63,992 bases of DNA, filler included, from Platydemus manokwari (GCA_037951405.1; 6 parts of 6 records of this genome joined end to end with filler, not necessarily neighbours in it), one strand, 5' to 3'; shown: positions 1-14,130, counted from the first letter of the whole stretch. Notes: a model not told the origin generated them from the sequence alone. A program made the numbers and translations.

Positions 1-57
<57 letters not shown>
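1..57. repeat. (ATT)n microsatellite
   Basis: Near-perfect attattatt run at the window start. Confidence 0.95.
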
Positions 58-58
<1 letters not shown>

Positions 59-929
59 TTATAATTATTTAAATAATATTGCCTTTATATTTATAATTGC
101 TTAACTGATTTTTATAATCATTTGTTACTACTTATATTAATTTTATGACATTCATTATACTATTACTATCGGTTTGTTGTTCTATCTAATTCAATCTTAT
201 GTAATCATAGGCCTATCTTTGTATTTATTGTAAAAAATGATATACTAATTTCAAAAAATAAATTGTTAATTTTAATTGTAATTCAGTTTGTTTGATTAAA
301 GAAAATTCTCTATTGTTTTTTAACTCGAACTTAATTATTTAACTTTTTTCAGTGGATATAATTATTAATATTAAAGAATTGAAATTAATAAAAAATATTG
401 ATTGTAACAAAAACGATAAAGAAAAATAAATTTATTATTTATTGCGATATTACTTGAAAACTATCGATCGATTTGAATTTTAAAGATTTATTTTATGAAT
501 TTTAAAATACGACAAATATTGGAATCGAGTGGTGAAATGAAAAACATTGTGTCCATGATAAATTTGGAATTATGTGAGCAAATGAAAAAAGGTCGAGGAA
601 TAAATATTTATTTGGGTTTGTCAAATGGTTGTTTGGATGTTTAAGATTTTTATTTGCCATGATAGATAAATGTAAAACCGAAGGATATATATCAATAAAA
701 GAAAAACAATTAGATGAAATTATCCAATATTCTCCTTCATTATTATCTACGGAATTACGTACATATCTTTATTATCGTATTAGAACATTAATTGCTCAAC
801 AACATCGTGCTGCAACAAAAGATTTAATTAAAAACTAATATTTTATTTTAATATTTTTAAAATCATCAATTTGATGAAGATTGTAGTGATGATTCAATCA
901 CTGTTTGAGATATATGTTTTTCATTTAAA

Positions 930-1670
930 TTAATACGATATAGCGATTAATGTGGACATCTAGAATGTAGTCACAGAAAAATAAGATAAATTTAATTTAT
1001 CCTTCTACTTATCAGTATTTTAACTTTTCGTTGATCAAATTTTGAATTAGAGTTATCATAAAGCAAAGCCTTGAAAGAAAGAATCATTTTGATATTTCCC
1101 TTAATTTCCCTTTTCCTTGTATTTATTTTGAAATTCTTATTAAATCGAAACTTTATCAAAACGAAAAACCGAGATTTTTATGTGTTGGTTTCAGAAGATT
1201 TAACTTTCAACTTTGGATTCTGTCCTTTGGTTAGCTAAAACTAATCTATGGTCTAATTAATGTCTGATTAATAGGAATAAAAAAGATTTAGAGACTGTAT
1301 ATAAATGTAATGAATCCGATCAATTTGGAATCATTAATGCTTATTTAAATCATAAATACAAACTGAAAAGGAATAAAAAATTTATTTAATAATTTATTTT
1401 GTTGTAGCTCATTTAATAATTTCTAGAGTAAAATTTTCGTTAACTGCTTTTAGCTCCGGTTATGTTTGTATGTGATATAGTAATTAATCGAGATTTCGAG
1501 CATCGAGAATCGACGATGATAGATTGTATTTCAGATAGAAGGTCACAGAAAAATATGAATTAAAAATTAATTAATAAATTTAATTTATCCTTCTAATTAC
1601 CAATATTTTGTATTGTTTTCGTTTCATTATATAACTAGCCATTAGAGTAAAGCAAACAAAATAGTCTTTT
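930..1670 (+). repeat. Two diverged direct copies of a ~150-200 bp sequence, possibly LTR relics
   Basis: gtcacagaaaaata...aaatttaatttatccttcta...ttttcgtt...attagagt...aaagcaaa occurs near 970-1070 and again near 1543-1660. Confidence 0.55.
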
Positions 1671-1869
1671 GCAAATTTTTCAGAGATAAAAGATTTCAAA
1701 TTGGCAATGGTAATAATAAATTAATAAAGGATAAGCTCAACCAACTAATTAAATAAGTTTTTTTTACTAATTTTATATATATTTCTCCACACTCCATTTA
1801 ATTACTAACCGTTACACAATAGAATAGTTATAAAATTATTGCCAGTTAATTTCAATCATTATTGATAAC

Positions 1870-3600
1870 TGATTCTAGCGATAGACTTTGCATTGGGTTA
1901 CTGCTGTGATTAAACAACCCTCGAACTTGTATTGGAGCTTGGGGCTCTTCTTAATAACTGGTGTGATTCACTTGTTGTTGACTCGTTGAAGTATATTGAA
2001 TTATAATCCGTTGAAAAATAATTCAGAAACCTTTGAATTGAATTGAAAAATCGTATTTTACGCGAGACAATTTTAATTTGTAATGATTGTAATGCTGGAA
2101 TACTTCTGAAAAATTGACTAATCGCTGATTCCAAAATCTAGAAAGCTATGACTTTTTTACAACTGAGTACTACTACTAAAATCCATAATTACACTCAACT
2201 CAAGAAAATAACAAAACCTGACTTCCAACTGACAGTTAGTCATCTTTAAATCGATATTCATACTCGAGATCTGTGTGTAATTTTTGTATGTAATGTTTGT
2301 ATCATATTTGAATTCGTTCTTTGCTTTTTCAATGTTCCTATCGAGCTTATTAGTTGTTGCATAAGCGGAATTGGTCAACCCCTATGCGAATGTTGTGTTG
2401 TGGCTATGTCCCTTTTCCTATCATTGTTTACCATCTAAATTCGCTGTGATTTGTTGGTTCCTATGCTTGTATGATTGTGTAGGCATGTAAATGTTTAGTG
2501 GCAAAACAAGGGTTCCAAAATGCAAATCCGTTTTTCTTTTTTAGAATTTCATCTCATTCAAGAATAATATATTTCCATACAATTAGTTTCTTGATTCAGA
2601 ATATAAATACAATCATATGTTTCGCTCATTTAATAATTTTCGTGCCAGAATAATCAAGGACTGCTTTATTTTTAACTTAATTCTATTAATTAAAGAAGGT
2701 CAGGACACTTAAATTTATTTATTATTCCGTAGAATTGTTGGTACTGAATTATTTGAAACTGCTAGTTCATGCCTTATGTGTTTCAGAATCATAGGTTTAT
2801 TTTTGAAAGAATATTAATCATGTAATTTTTCGTAAAATCTATATTGAAATCAAACTAATTATGATATTATTAAAGTTTAGATTAGCAAATCATAATCAAT
2901 AATAGCACGGTAAAAAATACCTCCATTGAAATATATATAAACAACAATTTTGTCAATTACATTATCTTGTTTCATGAAGTTACAGCATATAACGGAAAGG
3001 CTATAGCCCTGTGACATATATATTCTATAATAGTTTGTGATATCGAAAAATGATCTTGAATTTGCACAATTTTATCAAAATTCCTATAAGGACCTTTTGC
3101 ATTAACAATATATCCCAAGAACTTTATTTGAATTTTTGTAAGCACGCATTTCTTAGAGTCTCTCCTTCTTTCACATCTGATTCCATTTGAAACATTTTTA
3201 TAAATCACTTATCAAATCTCATTGTCGAAATGTAACCAACCGGAGTCCTTGTGGTTTTTTGAAACTTCCATGTCGTACATCATTAGACTGAAACCTTTCA
3301 ATGAATTCTAAAAGAATGACTTTCTTGATCAAATATCAAACATTTGCGTCTTAGTACACGTTGATTTTGATTTGGCTTTCAGCATTCCACCATTGACTCT
3401 ACTCTCTATTCACAAAGATCTTTGCATTGTTCCAATTTCCGAAGTGTCAATATCGGGTGTTAAAGTTAATTTTCTTCACAATGTCTTCATGGAAGACTCG
3501 TGTTTCAATCAGGAATATATCAATGATTCAACTAGCTTTTGAATTCTTATTTTGAAAGTGGTGAATCCGTTACATGGCACTTGTTAATCGCTGGTCAATT
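1870..3600 (-). mobile_element. Decayed Ty3/Gypsy-like pol (RT to integrase)
   Basis: Minus strand gives FKKPQGLR (cf. MPFGL) near 3250 and KKCVLTKIQIKFLGYIVNAKG (RT KC...FLG motif) in ORF 2972-3208; many stops and frameshifts. Confidence 0.65.
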
Positions 3601-4048
3601 CAATAATCAAATTCATTACAAAACATTCTCTAAAATATGATTTTTGGATATATGGCCCATCATGGTAATGGAATCAGTGGTTCAATAATTCCATCAGATT
3701 ATATTATGCTAATATATGGTATTTATGATTTATTATAATAGCATTAGAAAATGAAATAATAGATGGAATAAATAAATTATTCGAGTCGATAACCGTTTTA
3801 TTGAAATGGATTGTTATCATTAAGATCTTTATCACATTATGTCTTTATTATTTTTATAATAACAATATTACATTGAATCCAAATCCTGATTCTTGTGAAT
3901 GTATAAAATTTTTCCGAAAACTGACAAACATATCTAAAGAAAATTAATTTAAAGAAATGAAAGAGAAATTTCTTCAATAATCTAAATTTAAAAATTATAA
4001 ATAAGATGAAACTTGATTGACTGATATTTATTTATCAATATATATAAT

Positions 4049-4477
4049 ATGAATTATGATAACTCAATTAACTTTGATCCCGCTTATCTTCCATTTAATG
4101 CAACAGTGGAACACAATATGTCGAATGTGTGCATTTCGGAATCACGAATTGAATCCGATTATTTAAATCGTGTCATTATGAAACCGCTGGCAGAAGCTGT
4201 AGCTGATACAATGGTGCATCAACCAAGGGACCCTATTGCACATATTTCTCATTATTTGAGATTTTTTAATGACAGAAATATAAACACAATGAAAGCAAGT
4301 TACAAATGCGTTAATAAATATTTAAAAATAAATTGTTTTTATTTGTAGAGAAGAGCTATAGAAAAAGCCAATGAAGAATTACTGGCAAAGGAGTATGAAT
4401 GGAATTTTAAAATTATAGCAGAAGAAACCCAATTAGAACATCATAAGAAGTGGTTGCAAAGTCAAGGACAAAATTGA
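4049..4477 (+). CDS. Dpy-30 motif protein (DYDC-like), 2 exons: 4049-4294 and 4349-4477
   Basis: ESDYLNRVIMKPLAEAVADTMVHQPRDPIAHISHYL matches the Dpy-30/RIIa-type dimerisation motif. Exon 2 follows ttttatttgtag and reads RRAIEKANEELLAKEYE...QGQN-stop (coiled-coil-like). Confidence 0.8.
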
Positions 4478-5399
4478 ATGAAAAAATTGACTCATTTTCC
4501 GTTCCAAGTTTAATTATTTTTTGATAAAGTTAATTGAAGTTGGTTTTTAAATTTATTATAGATGCTATTAGTTTGTAAAGTTGTAGGGTTATTATTAATA
4601 TTGCAACCATTAACTTCAAATATAATCCATAATAGATCTTATTAAAAGGATTTATGATCGAAATACAAAAGAAAATGAAACAAATCTAAATTAAAATTTC
4701 GCTTGTAATATACAATTTTTAAATATTAATTTTTTATAAAATTAACTACTAAAAATAAAGCAAATATTTGATTTAAGAAAATTAAATATCAACGCGAAAA
4801 AGAAAGTGAAGAAGAAAAATTATTATTCCAATTAACTCACATGAAGTCATCCAAACCACATAAAATAAGAACGTTTGTGACTGTATAAACTTAACAGGGC
4901 TCATTAATTTCAATCAGACTATTTCCTATAAACTTGATAGGCATTGAGATTAAACAAAAACAAAATTTTCTGTTTAAAATATCTGTATTTCATTACAACT
5001 TACACAACTAATAACGTTCAATTAGAAAAAATAATTCAGTTAACGTTTTCATAATCGAGGTCTAGGTCTCGTCGCTTCAGCTGAAATAAAATACTCATAA
5101 ATCGCCCAAAAACCTATGTAATAGTCACTGTTTCTTTTACTTAAATAAAACAACAAGAACCTCAAAAATTGTATTATAAGTTTTACACACCATATTATTC
5201 AACTTTTGCAATCCAACTAATACATTAATTGCATCAAAATATTGTAAATTGCAAATCATTATTCCCACCTGAATTTGTGTGAGAGACCAGCATTATAACT
5301 AAGAATTTTCGCATTTTGAATCATATTAAAATCGAGAATAATTTTTTATAAGTAAAACAGCTGATGGATCCTACTAGCCTGTCCTGTATTATTTGGTGT

Positions 5400-6350
5400 G
5401 ATGATGTAAAGATACTTCAACTAGTAATAACTCGTTGAATGATCTTTAAGTTAAATAAATATGATTAAAATCAGAACAATCGAGATTCCCCCAATGTTCT
5501 TAACTAAATCAGAATAGTAGGTTGCGTGTATAATTCGAGTAGTATAGTAATAATAAAATAATGAAGCAATAAGATTAATACTTTTATTATAATACCAAAT
5601 TACCGAATGTGTAATGCTAAAATATTGACAGAGATTTAGTGTTGTGTCTCGAAGATGAGAAATAACCGACATAGGGAACTAGATGCCGCCCTACTTCGGA
5701 TAATAAACTAAAGAAATGAATTTAGATTACAAACCCTTTCGGCGTTGCTATCAGTTTTTTAGGCCTGTAAATTTCATAATGCATTGGATACAATTTCTGC
5801 AGTGATACGGTTTAATGATACATATTGGGAAAAATTATTTATGATACGTAGTATAAGCCGGTTTCCTTCCTTCGTTTAAGGATATAGCTCGTATTTGTAA
5901 TTACTGATTGCAATTTGGCTCTATTTCTTCCATTAATTTCCTTAGCTAATGAGCACTCAATATACAAGTGTACGTATTCTTGAATATCTTTCCGCCAACC
6001 TAACCAATAAAATTCGTTTGTTTTCTCCTGTTCTTTTCTCTATTTTGACATGCCCTTATTTTTCATGGATCATCTAAGCACAAATTTTAAAATCATACTG
6101 AGATACGATATACCGATAATTTCCGTTTTTATAGCTTAATGCATCACTTCTAATTCCCAAGTATTCCTTTTTGTTCCACATATTCTTATAACGTGAAATT
6201 TTAGATAAATCTAAGGCACTTACAATGAAGATTGTATTTATTACCGTTTTCAGTTCTTGATCTTCATTCTGATCTAAAACTTCGTCTTGTTCTACTCAAC
6301 CCAGACTTACCATATTTGCTTTTTGGATTAGTGTTTGTATTAAACAAGAA
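5400..6350 (-). mobile_element. Decayed Gypsy-type integrase
   Basis: Minus strand gives GHVKIEK (cf. GHFGIEKT) near 6050, TKEGNRLILRIINNFSQYV (cf. GNKYILVIVDHFSKY) near 5820-5880, then TAEIVSNAL; disrupted by stops. Confidence 0.75.
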
Positions 6351-8039
6351 CATATAATATATAACTTAGCGGTGGTTATCTTGTTAACCAATGATCGCTA
6401 ATGATCTTTGAGATGTTATTTGTTATCCTATGTGATATATTTTTTAATAAGTTGCAATGATTCGATTAATTATATACAATGTACTGTTTAGTTATATTGT
6501 GATATTTTATAAACACTTTATTATGATTAAATTCTAAAAATAAATGTACAATTTGTAAAAATATTTTCATTTTATTAGTATTTAAAATTAAAAGTGAAAA
6601 ATAAATATGCAGTTCAAAGAGATGATAAAAAATACTTGATTTTCAAATACAATCTACAATATAAAGGAATAAATGATGACAAACAATAAATGATAATCAA
6701 ATGAAAATTATCGAAACATTATGAAGAAAAAACCAGAATTTTAAATATTATTAATATTTATTTTATTTAAATTATTTCTAGTATTGTCTAAATTAATAAT
6801 TTCTAAGGGGTCTAAATCCTTTTATGAAAATACTCACTAGAGCCTCAGGTTTGCTTCGAGCTGTGAAGGCGACTATATCTAAAGTTTTGTAGCCGTAAAT
6901 TGTTGTTTAGGAAAGTCAAAATTTAGTTAGTTATTTAAGACTTGTCTTGGGTTATTTGAAAACCAAGATGTGAAATTTAATTATAAAATTTGAAAGGTTA
7001 ACAATCACAACAGTTTTGAAAATAATTTTTTCGGAATTATAAATAATTTCATGAAATATATGCACTAGATGATTTGTAATATGGGGTTTTCTTCTGATTT
7101 AGTCTTCTTATTTATACTAATTTAATATTTTCTTTTGATAGATTTCAACTTTTCGTTTATTTTTTGGTATTTGCAAATTTTAAGCATGAATCATCTAAAA
7201 ATTTTTATTATATTATGATAACTACTTGGATTTGATTCCCAATATCATTATTAAAAACTTGTTAATATTTCAACATAATATTTGGTTACAAATATGGTAT
7301 AAAATTAAATAATTATTTAGTTTTCCGAAGTTTCAGTTTCTTATAAATATTAAAATCACTATTTATTATTATAAACGTTCAATTTATTATTTAAATTTAT
7401 ATTTTTGATACACAACGCTTAAACTAATCAGCGTACATTACGATGACCAGTAAGTAATTAGAAGTTTGCCATCCCTGGTAAAGTTGATCTGATAACTTAT
7501 TTATTTATAAATTATAAGTTTATTATTATATATATGACTCTGCGAAAATGTTATTGCCTTATATTCTTTTAAATATAATTTAGACATCGAAGATATGTCA
7601 ATGTGCGAAAATTCTTTTGCTACTATTAAAAATTTGGTGTGAATTCTATTTTAAGTTTTCTCAGTCTGTTCATTAATTCTTCAGGATAAAATTGTATATA
7701 TGTTAGTTGAATCAAGACTTATTTATTTACGTCAATTCAATTCGCCTATCAAATTCACCATTTGCATAATCTTGAATCAAAGTATATTATTTGATAATTA
7801 TGCCATAATGACAATGACCAATTCAAAGTTTTAAACTCTAATAATTTGAAAAAACACATCTGAACTGACAGATTTCATTAAAAAATTATTTTATAGTGTC
7901 AGTTATTCAATATATAGTGATGATTACATTCGTATAAAAATTATTTAATATTATAATAAATTTTGATGTTTATTAAATCACTTTTCAAATTAGCTCAGTG
8001 TTTTACTTGTTTGAATATTTATAATTATTTTTATTCAAA

Positions 8040-9106
8040 ATGAAGAATGCTGCCAAATTTGTAAGAAATATACAACTGACAAAACCGTATATGTCATTAT
8101 TATTACCTATATCATTAAAAACTTTTGACATTCAGTGAAGCAGTTTTGAGAAGTGTGTCAAAGAATAGTGGAATTTCAGATTTTACAGACAAATACAAGA
8201 ATTTTTTGACAACATTACCAAGTCAAAAGTTTAATTTTTTGACTTAAATTTTTTAAAGTTATATTTAGAAATCTCAAAAGTGGAAGAAGCTAGAAATTAC
8301 TTTTTATTCCCTTATCGAACATTCAATAGATTTCCTAAAGAAACTCTAACGAAAACAATTGATGAATCATTTGAAATAATTAAATCGAAAGGTAAAATCG
8401 CTTTTAGAAATAATTTTTATTTGTTTCTACAATAGTTGACAGTAACGATCATACATATTTGTATAATGCTATTATGAGAAATTACATAATAAATGAAATC
8501 GATTTTGATGTTAAATCTTTATTGCGAGACATGAATGGTCACAATGTTCCATTTAATAAGGTGAAATATAATAGACAAAGATTGTTTTTTTAATTTAACT
8601 TTTTAGGGTACTTATGAAATATTAATTGAAATTTATAGCAAACGTGGTGAGATGGAGACTGTTGAGTGAGTTGAATGTTTATTTCTATTGGTTTTCTCGT
8701 TTGCTTTATGTTTAAAAAAGGTTTTTAAAATGTTTTTAAGGTATTTAATCAATACGATGAAATCAAAAGGAATGGAAATTAGTGCAAACAATTCAATGCA
8801 TATCGTCACTGGTTATATTATAGCTGGGTAATCATATTTTTTTAATGTTATTTTACGGAATTATCATATTTCATTTCTAGACAATCGGAAAAGTTAAAGG
8901 AATTTATTAATGATAAAAATCTGAATGAAAATGATAAAAATACTTTAATAAGTGAAGGAGAAGGTTATGCGATTTTGGGTGAATCTAAGAAAGTTATTTC
9001 GGTTTTAAATAAAATGAAAGAAAACAATTTCGATATCAATCAATCGATTTATTTATTTTGTCGTCGGTTAGCACTGACAAATGCGTCCGAATCGGATATT
9101 GAAGAG
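8040..9106 (+). CDS. LRPPRC: LRPPRC-like pentatricopeptide repeat protein, 5' exons only (about 7 exons; the rest is not visible before the spacer)
   Basis: Splicing short GT-AG introns gives YLYNAIMRNYIINEIDFDVKSLLRDMNGHNVPFNKGTYEILIEIYSKRGEMETVEYLINTMKSKGMEISANNSMHIVTGYIIAG. This is collinear with the N-terminal PPR repeats of LRPPRC (HYNALLKVYLQNEYKF...PNRVTYQRLI..Y...GD). Start MKNAAKFVRN. Confidence 0.8.
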
Positions 9107-9464
9107 GTTGGAGCTTTATCATTATTTGGTTTTTCTTTTATCAAATTATCAATTATATAAATTCGATGATATAAAAATTCACTAAAGGAAACCTTAATTT
9201 GACATCCATAATATGATTTTATTTAAAATTACCACATAAAAGTTCCGAATAAAACAAATATATTTTCTCATTTGATAATTATATAAAGCAAATAATTATA
9301 TTTATAAAATCTTCATTATTGTTTGCCGGTCAAAATCATCAATAATAATTTCTTTGCACATTTTTATCAAATATGTCAGCGTTATTTTTATCGATTTGTT
9401 TGGTTAAAATAAACGGGCGCAATATTTATGGGATAATATCTATAATTATAGCATTGGCCCTTGT

Positions 9465-9727
9465 ACTTGCGACCCACTTTACCAGTTCAATTTTTTTCGC
9501 GACCTCTAGGAACTCAATTAAAAATAATAAAGTAAAAAAAATTTAACATTTTATAATTAACAACGATTTTGCATATTCTGGCATCAAAAATCAAATTTTG
9601 GCTCTGTTTCGGTGATTGCTGCTCTCAGTACTAATTCCAGATCATTAAAATTCGATCAATATTTTGTCTTTATATAGTCTGTTAAAAATGAAATTTCTCG
9701 CGACCTCCCTCTTTAAGAAACTGCTTT
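9465..9727. mobile_element. Probable hAT-MITE fragment
   Basis: Repeated gcgacc/tcgcgacc subterminal-like motifs and a ctttaagaaactg end typical of hAT MITEs; no paired TIR found. Confidence 0.35.
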
Positions 9728-9973
9728 ATATTATAAATTATTTTTATTATTAATTAATTATTTATTGTAGACTATTTATAGTAGACTTGTTTAAGATATA
9801 AATTAATTAACCAATTACAAAATAACCAATGAAAAATATTTTTATTAATAATCAATATTTTATACAGATAACATCTAATATTTTAATAATATTTAATATA
9901 TAATATAATATTTTTGAAGTGCAAAATTTGTAAAAAATAATTTTCGCTATAATTGGATATTTAATGTGCTTTA

Positions 9974-10073
9974 NNNNNNNNNNNNNNNNNNNNNNNNNNN
10001 NNNNNNNNNNNNNNNNNTTAATTAATTAANNNNNNNNNNNNNNNNNNNNNNNNNNNNNNNNNNNNNNNNNNNN
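9974..10073. other. Artificial contig spacer N44-TTAATTAATTAA-N44
   Basis: 100-nt gap with a six-frame stop linker. Confidence 0.97.
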
Positions 10074-10193
10074 CTTATTACAAAAACATAGTTAACTGCT
10101 TACATATCGATGTTGATTGGTAGATAGTTAATCAAATAGAAATAAAACTATTTTTATCGTTTATTCATTTCATTTACGCAAACTTAAATTTCA

Positions 10194-11117
10194 ATGATAT
10201 TCTTAATAAATCAGAAATTGGGTGATTCGGTTATATTTGTTATCATTCGATACATATTAATTGGAATTTATTTTATTTTTAATATAAATTTATTTGTTTT
10301 CGTTTCAAAATATAAAATCGCTTCAAGAACTGCCACTATTCTGATCAAAGCCGGAACGGCATTCGATATTGTATCTTTGACTGCAGTGTTATTTGTGCAA
10401 TTCAAAGAAAACACATTTTTCTTCTATGACACAATGATATACGTACATTTATATTGTTACTTTATATATGATCCAATGATTTTGTGGTATTCTATAACCA
10501 TAAGTGTCTATTTGATGCTTTCATTGACAATTGATAGATACGTATGCATCGCATTCCCCATGTATTATCGAAGAAGAAAAAGCTATGAAGTTTATTTTTA
10601 TTTTCTATTTGTAGTTTGTCTATCTTTAGTTGGAATTCAGAACACTTTTCAGATGGAAATATTGAAAACAAATAACATACATAACAATTCTACGGCTTAT
10701 TATTCGTGTAATATAAAGAAAACACCAGTTATGATTTACTTTTTTTTGGTATTGTATTCATTCGGAGTTACTTTATCATCAATGGTTATTAATCTAATCT
10801 CAACTTATATCCTATATCAGAGTTCCAGAGTAAAAATCAAAATAAATAACCAATCGATTATTAATATTCGTCGGAAGATGGTTACACGATTTACAGTAGC
10901 AAATATTATTTCAAACTTTGTATATTTTACTATTCTTGTAGTAGATTCCATATTTTATTCTGCATATAATTTCGGCAAATTATCTCCATTCCTCTATGAA
11001 TATTATCTGTATTATAATCCGTATACTGCAATTTGTCTTACAATTGTAAATCCCATTGTATATTTAATTATCTTCAAAAATTTTCGTAAATTTTCATTTC
11101 AATTATTAAAACGATAA
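10194..11117 (+). CDS. Intronless rhodopsin-family (class A) GPCR, 307 aa
   Basis: About seven hydrophobic segments, TM3 SLTIDRYVCIAFP (DRY motif), ECL2 Cys, TM7 NPIVY (NPxxY) and helix-8 KNFR. Confidence 0.9.
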   Translation: MIFLINQKLGDSVIFVIIRYILIGIYFIFNINLFVFVSKYKIASRTATILIKAGTAFDIVSLTAVLFVQFKENTFFFYDTMIYVHLYCYFIYDPMILWYSITISVYLMLSLTIDRYVCIAFPMYYRRRKSYEVYFYFLFVVCLSLVGIQNTFQMEILKTNNIHNNSTAYYSCNIKKTPVMIYFFLVLYSFGVTLSSMVINLISTYILYQSSRVKIKINNQSIINIRRKMVTRFTVANIISNFVYFTILVVDSIFYSAYNFGKLSPFLYEYYLYYNPYTAICLTIVNPIVYLIIFKNFRKFSFQLLKR

Positions 11118-12419
11118 TTTGTAGATCATAATTTAGTTACTAGAATTTTAATAATCATAATATTTTTGTATGTATTAATATTTCATCTAAATATTTTTTG
11201 ATATTTGAAATATAATGTTGTTTAAATTTTATAAAACTTTTGCACAAATCAAAATGATAGATACTGAGAGCCAGGAAATTAGTATGATTGATATCTTAAT
11301 CTTTACTTGAAAATTTTTTTGCTTTTATCTAATTGGACCAGAATGAAGTCTCATTTGAAATTCAAATGTAATCTAATCAAATGAATTGTCGATGAGCAAA
11401 TTATTCTACAAAATTTCTGAGGCCATTTAATATTGGGATTTGATTTTATAAAAGTTATACAATGAAATCTGATAGAATTTTGGAAATAAATTTACAGAAA
11501 TATTCATTTCCCTAATTGATGTATTAAAATCTACTTTGAATTATATAATTTATGTTATACTAAAATGTTCTCATTGATACGATTGTCATCCATATTATCT
11601 AAACTAAACGCGCAGTTTAGTTAATTACGTAATGAACTATGCAATTTTCATTGCCAATATAATTAAGGAACATGTTTATATTGATATATTTTGGGGTAAT
11701 TAAAATGCAAGGTTATTAAATAAATATTTGTATTTAAAAATTATTTTACTGTGTTATGTTTGAATGCGAAAATAAACATCGCTTATTATTTTTATTTATT
11801 GAAATTCTTGGCCCCAGATTTTATATTCCAATAAAAGTGATTAAAATTCCAATAATTTCGTAAAAATAAATCTCAGAATATTTTATCAATTTATAATTAC
11901 AATGAAAATCAATCCGTCAATTGTCCATGCCATCATTGAATGAATATAAAATGAATTGACATTGATTAATTGATGGCATGAAAGAAAAACAGATACGAAA
12001 GTTTTTGGAATGAGAAATTATAAAATGATATAATATTTTTTTAATTAAAATTCAGTTACATGGAATGAATAGATGGTCGATAAAACTAATGCTAAGATTA
12101 TAATGGTTGTATAAGCTTTCACGAGAATAGTTGAGGGTTTTTGCTCAATTTTAAGTTTTTTTTATTAAACTTATTTTTGGAAATGAGTGTGGAATAGTTA
12201 ACGTACTTCTATCATAATGCTTGGTTATTAAACTTATGGTAGATTTTAAGAATTATGAGAATAAAAATAACTGTCATTGTCGGTATCTTTCTGTAATTTT
12301 AACTTTCTGTATAATATATGTCATTGATTGCCGTACTTGACGGCATATAGGGCTCACTCTGATTTTTTGAATTTAAACTAAAACACAGTAAGTAAAGAGA
12401 GAAAATACTTTAATTATCT

Positions 12420-12745
12420 TCGTAATCAGAAAAATCGTCATCTTAGTCACTACCACTGTAATCACAGACTTCAAATAACGCGTCATCTTCGGTGCCATCA
12501 AGGGCATTGCTAATGCCGCATCTCCTAAAAGACTTCCCAAAGATTTTAGGCCTAACGTCATCCCAAGATTTCCTCATCCACTCACACACTTTGATTATGA
12601 TGGGTCTTTTCATTCTTCACGGGTGTGAGATCAAAATGTCTCTCAACACATCTGTCGAAGTTTTATCATTAAGTAGATCTTTTCTTTTAAATGTCTAGAG
12701 AGGTAGCAGTTTTGTTAAATCAGCGCAACAGTTCAGAACTATTGC
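12420..12745 (-). mobile_element. pogo/Tigger-family DDE transposase C-terminal remnant
   Basis: Minus strand reads RMKRPIIIKVCEWMRKSWDDVRPKIFGKSFRRCGISNALDGTEDDALFE, the typical pogo KSFKKCGISNALDGTEDD tail. Confidence 0.85.
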
Positions 12746-13804
12746 ATATGATTTATTTTAAATATGATAAACCTGTTTTGTATAGTCATTGTATTTAAGT
12801 TCTGAAACTACACTTGGATTTTATTTTTATGTTAAAAATAAACAGTTACAGTAAGAAAGGAAAGCGATAATTTAAAATAAATCTTGAAGTAATTTTTAAT
12901 TATAAAAAATAAATATCCGTTAATAAAAATAAGAGTTTATTAGATAAAGAAATAAAATGTGAAGCTATTAAAAAAATTGGTTCAACAAAAGAAATAAAAA
13001 AGGTATGACTTAAATTAAAAATGAACAGCAGTAAAAGAAATGTATGAGAAATAAGTCAAGAAAACCTCATTGATTATAGCTTTTATGAATCAACAAGCCA
13101 AACAGAAGGCAATGCCCATGAATTATATCTTGAAACCACAGTCACAAATGTACTAGACAAGCTATCAGAAAGAAAAATATTCGACTCGATATCAAAAGGA
13201 AAACTTCTTAGAAATTCCGAAACATTATTAGTATTATGAAAAGAAGATCTTGAATCTAGATATAGAAGATAAGCTATTCTTATCCATACCATTGTAACAC
13301 GCTACATCAGAAAGCCGGTATTAAAAAAGAGTCTACATTCTATTAAAATCATATTTTAATTCTAAGGAATTTTATATTTATCAACAACTTGTTCATAAAT
13401 ATCGTTCCGATAGTATGATTAGATGTTACTCCAAATGTTACTCTGCGACCAACTCTTTGTGACCAACTCAAAATCCGATTGTGTGTGCCCATAAAATCTA
13501 TTGTTTTGTCAATTTTAAAATTTATTAACATAATTTTATCATTATTTTGGTTAGTACTTTATTGATTGATAATAATTGTGTTTTTAACTGAAGTTTTATG
13601 GTGAAATCTTTATTGGAGTAAATGTTGTCATAGTTTTTAATGACAACGTCGTCTATTGATTGTTTACGTCATTGTTTTCATTCCGACCTCTGATAGAGAA
13701 GCAATTTTACTAGCTCAGAGCTATAAAAAATCAGCGTAATCACTCGAGAAATTGTTACCATATTTTTGAGTTCGATATCAACACGAGCATGAAGCAGTGC
13801 AGCA

Positions 13805-14130
13805 AACTATGATAAAATCAATAAAATCAACTTCCAATTACAAGTTCAGAAATTCTCTTAGTAATTTGTTTTATTCTTAAGAAAATTTAAGACGAAATAA
13901 TCACACCGATTTCTCAAAAATATTCTTCCATTTCAACTCTCACGACATATCAATCTGTAATAATGGGACGATCAATTTTAATTTCATTATTCTTATCAAT
14001 TTTTTCAGAAATGATTTTAACTATTATGAATGCAAATAATATTATCTGATTTTCAGTTAATCAATGAAATTAATCTTTACTTTTTTTACTAAATAATTAA
14101 TGGTGAATTGATTTTTCTGTACAACGAAAA
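13805..14130 (-). repeat. Copy 1 of an inverted repeat pair (partner 15990-16250)
   Basis: The reverse complement contains aaacaaattactaagagaatttctgaacttgtaattggaagttgattttattga and gagaaatcggtgtga, found nearly verbatim on + at 16160-16245. Confidence 0.85.

Noticed and set aside
629-838. 69-aa ORF as a terminal exon of a gene
   Set aside because: I could not join it to an open upstream exon and recognised no domain; left uncalled.
10018-10029. TTAATTAATTAA palindrome recurring about every 10 kb as a possible biological signal
   Set aside because: Always centred in a 100-nt N gap; it is an assembly linker.
11601-11622. Hairpin aactaaac-gcgca-gtttagtt as a Helitron 3' end
   Set aside because: No CTRR terminus at the expected distance and no other Helitron feature.
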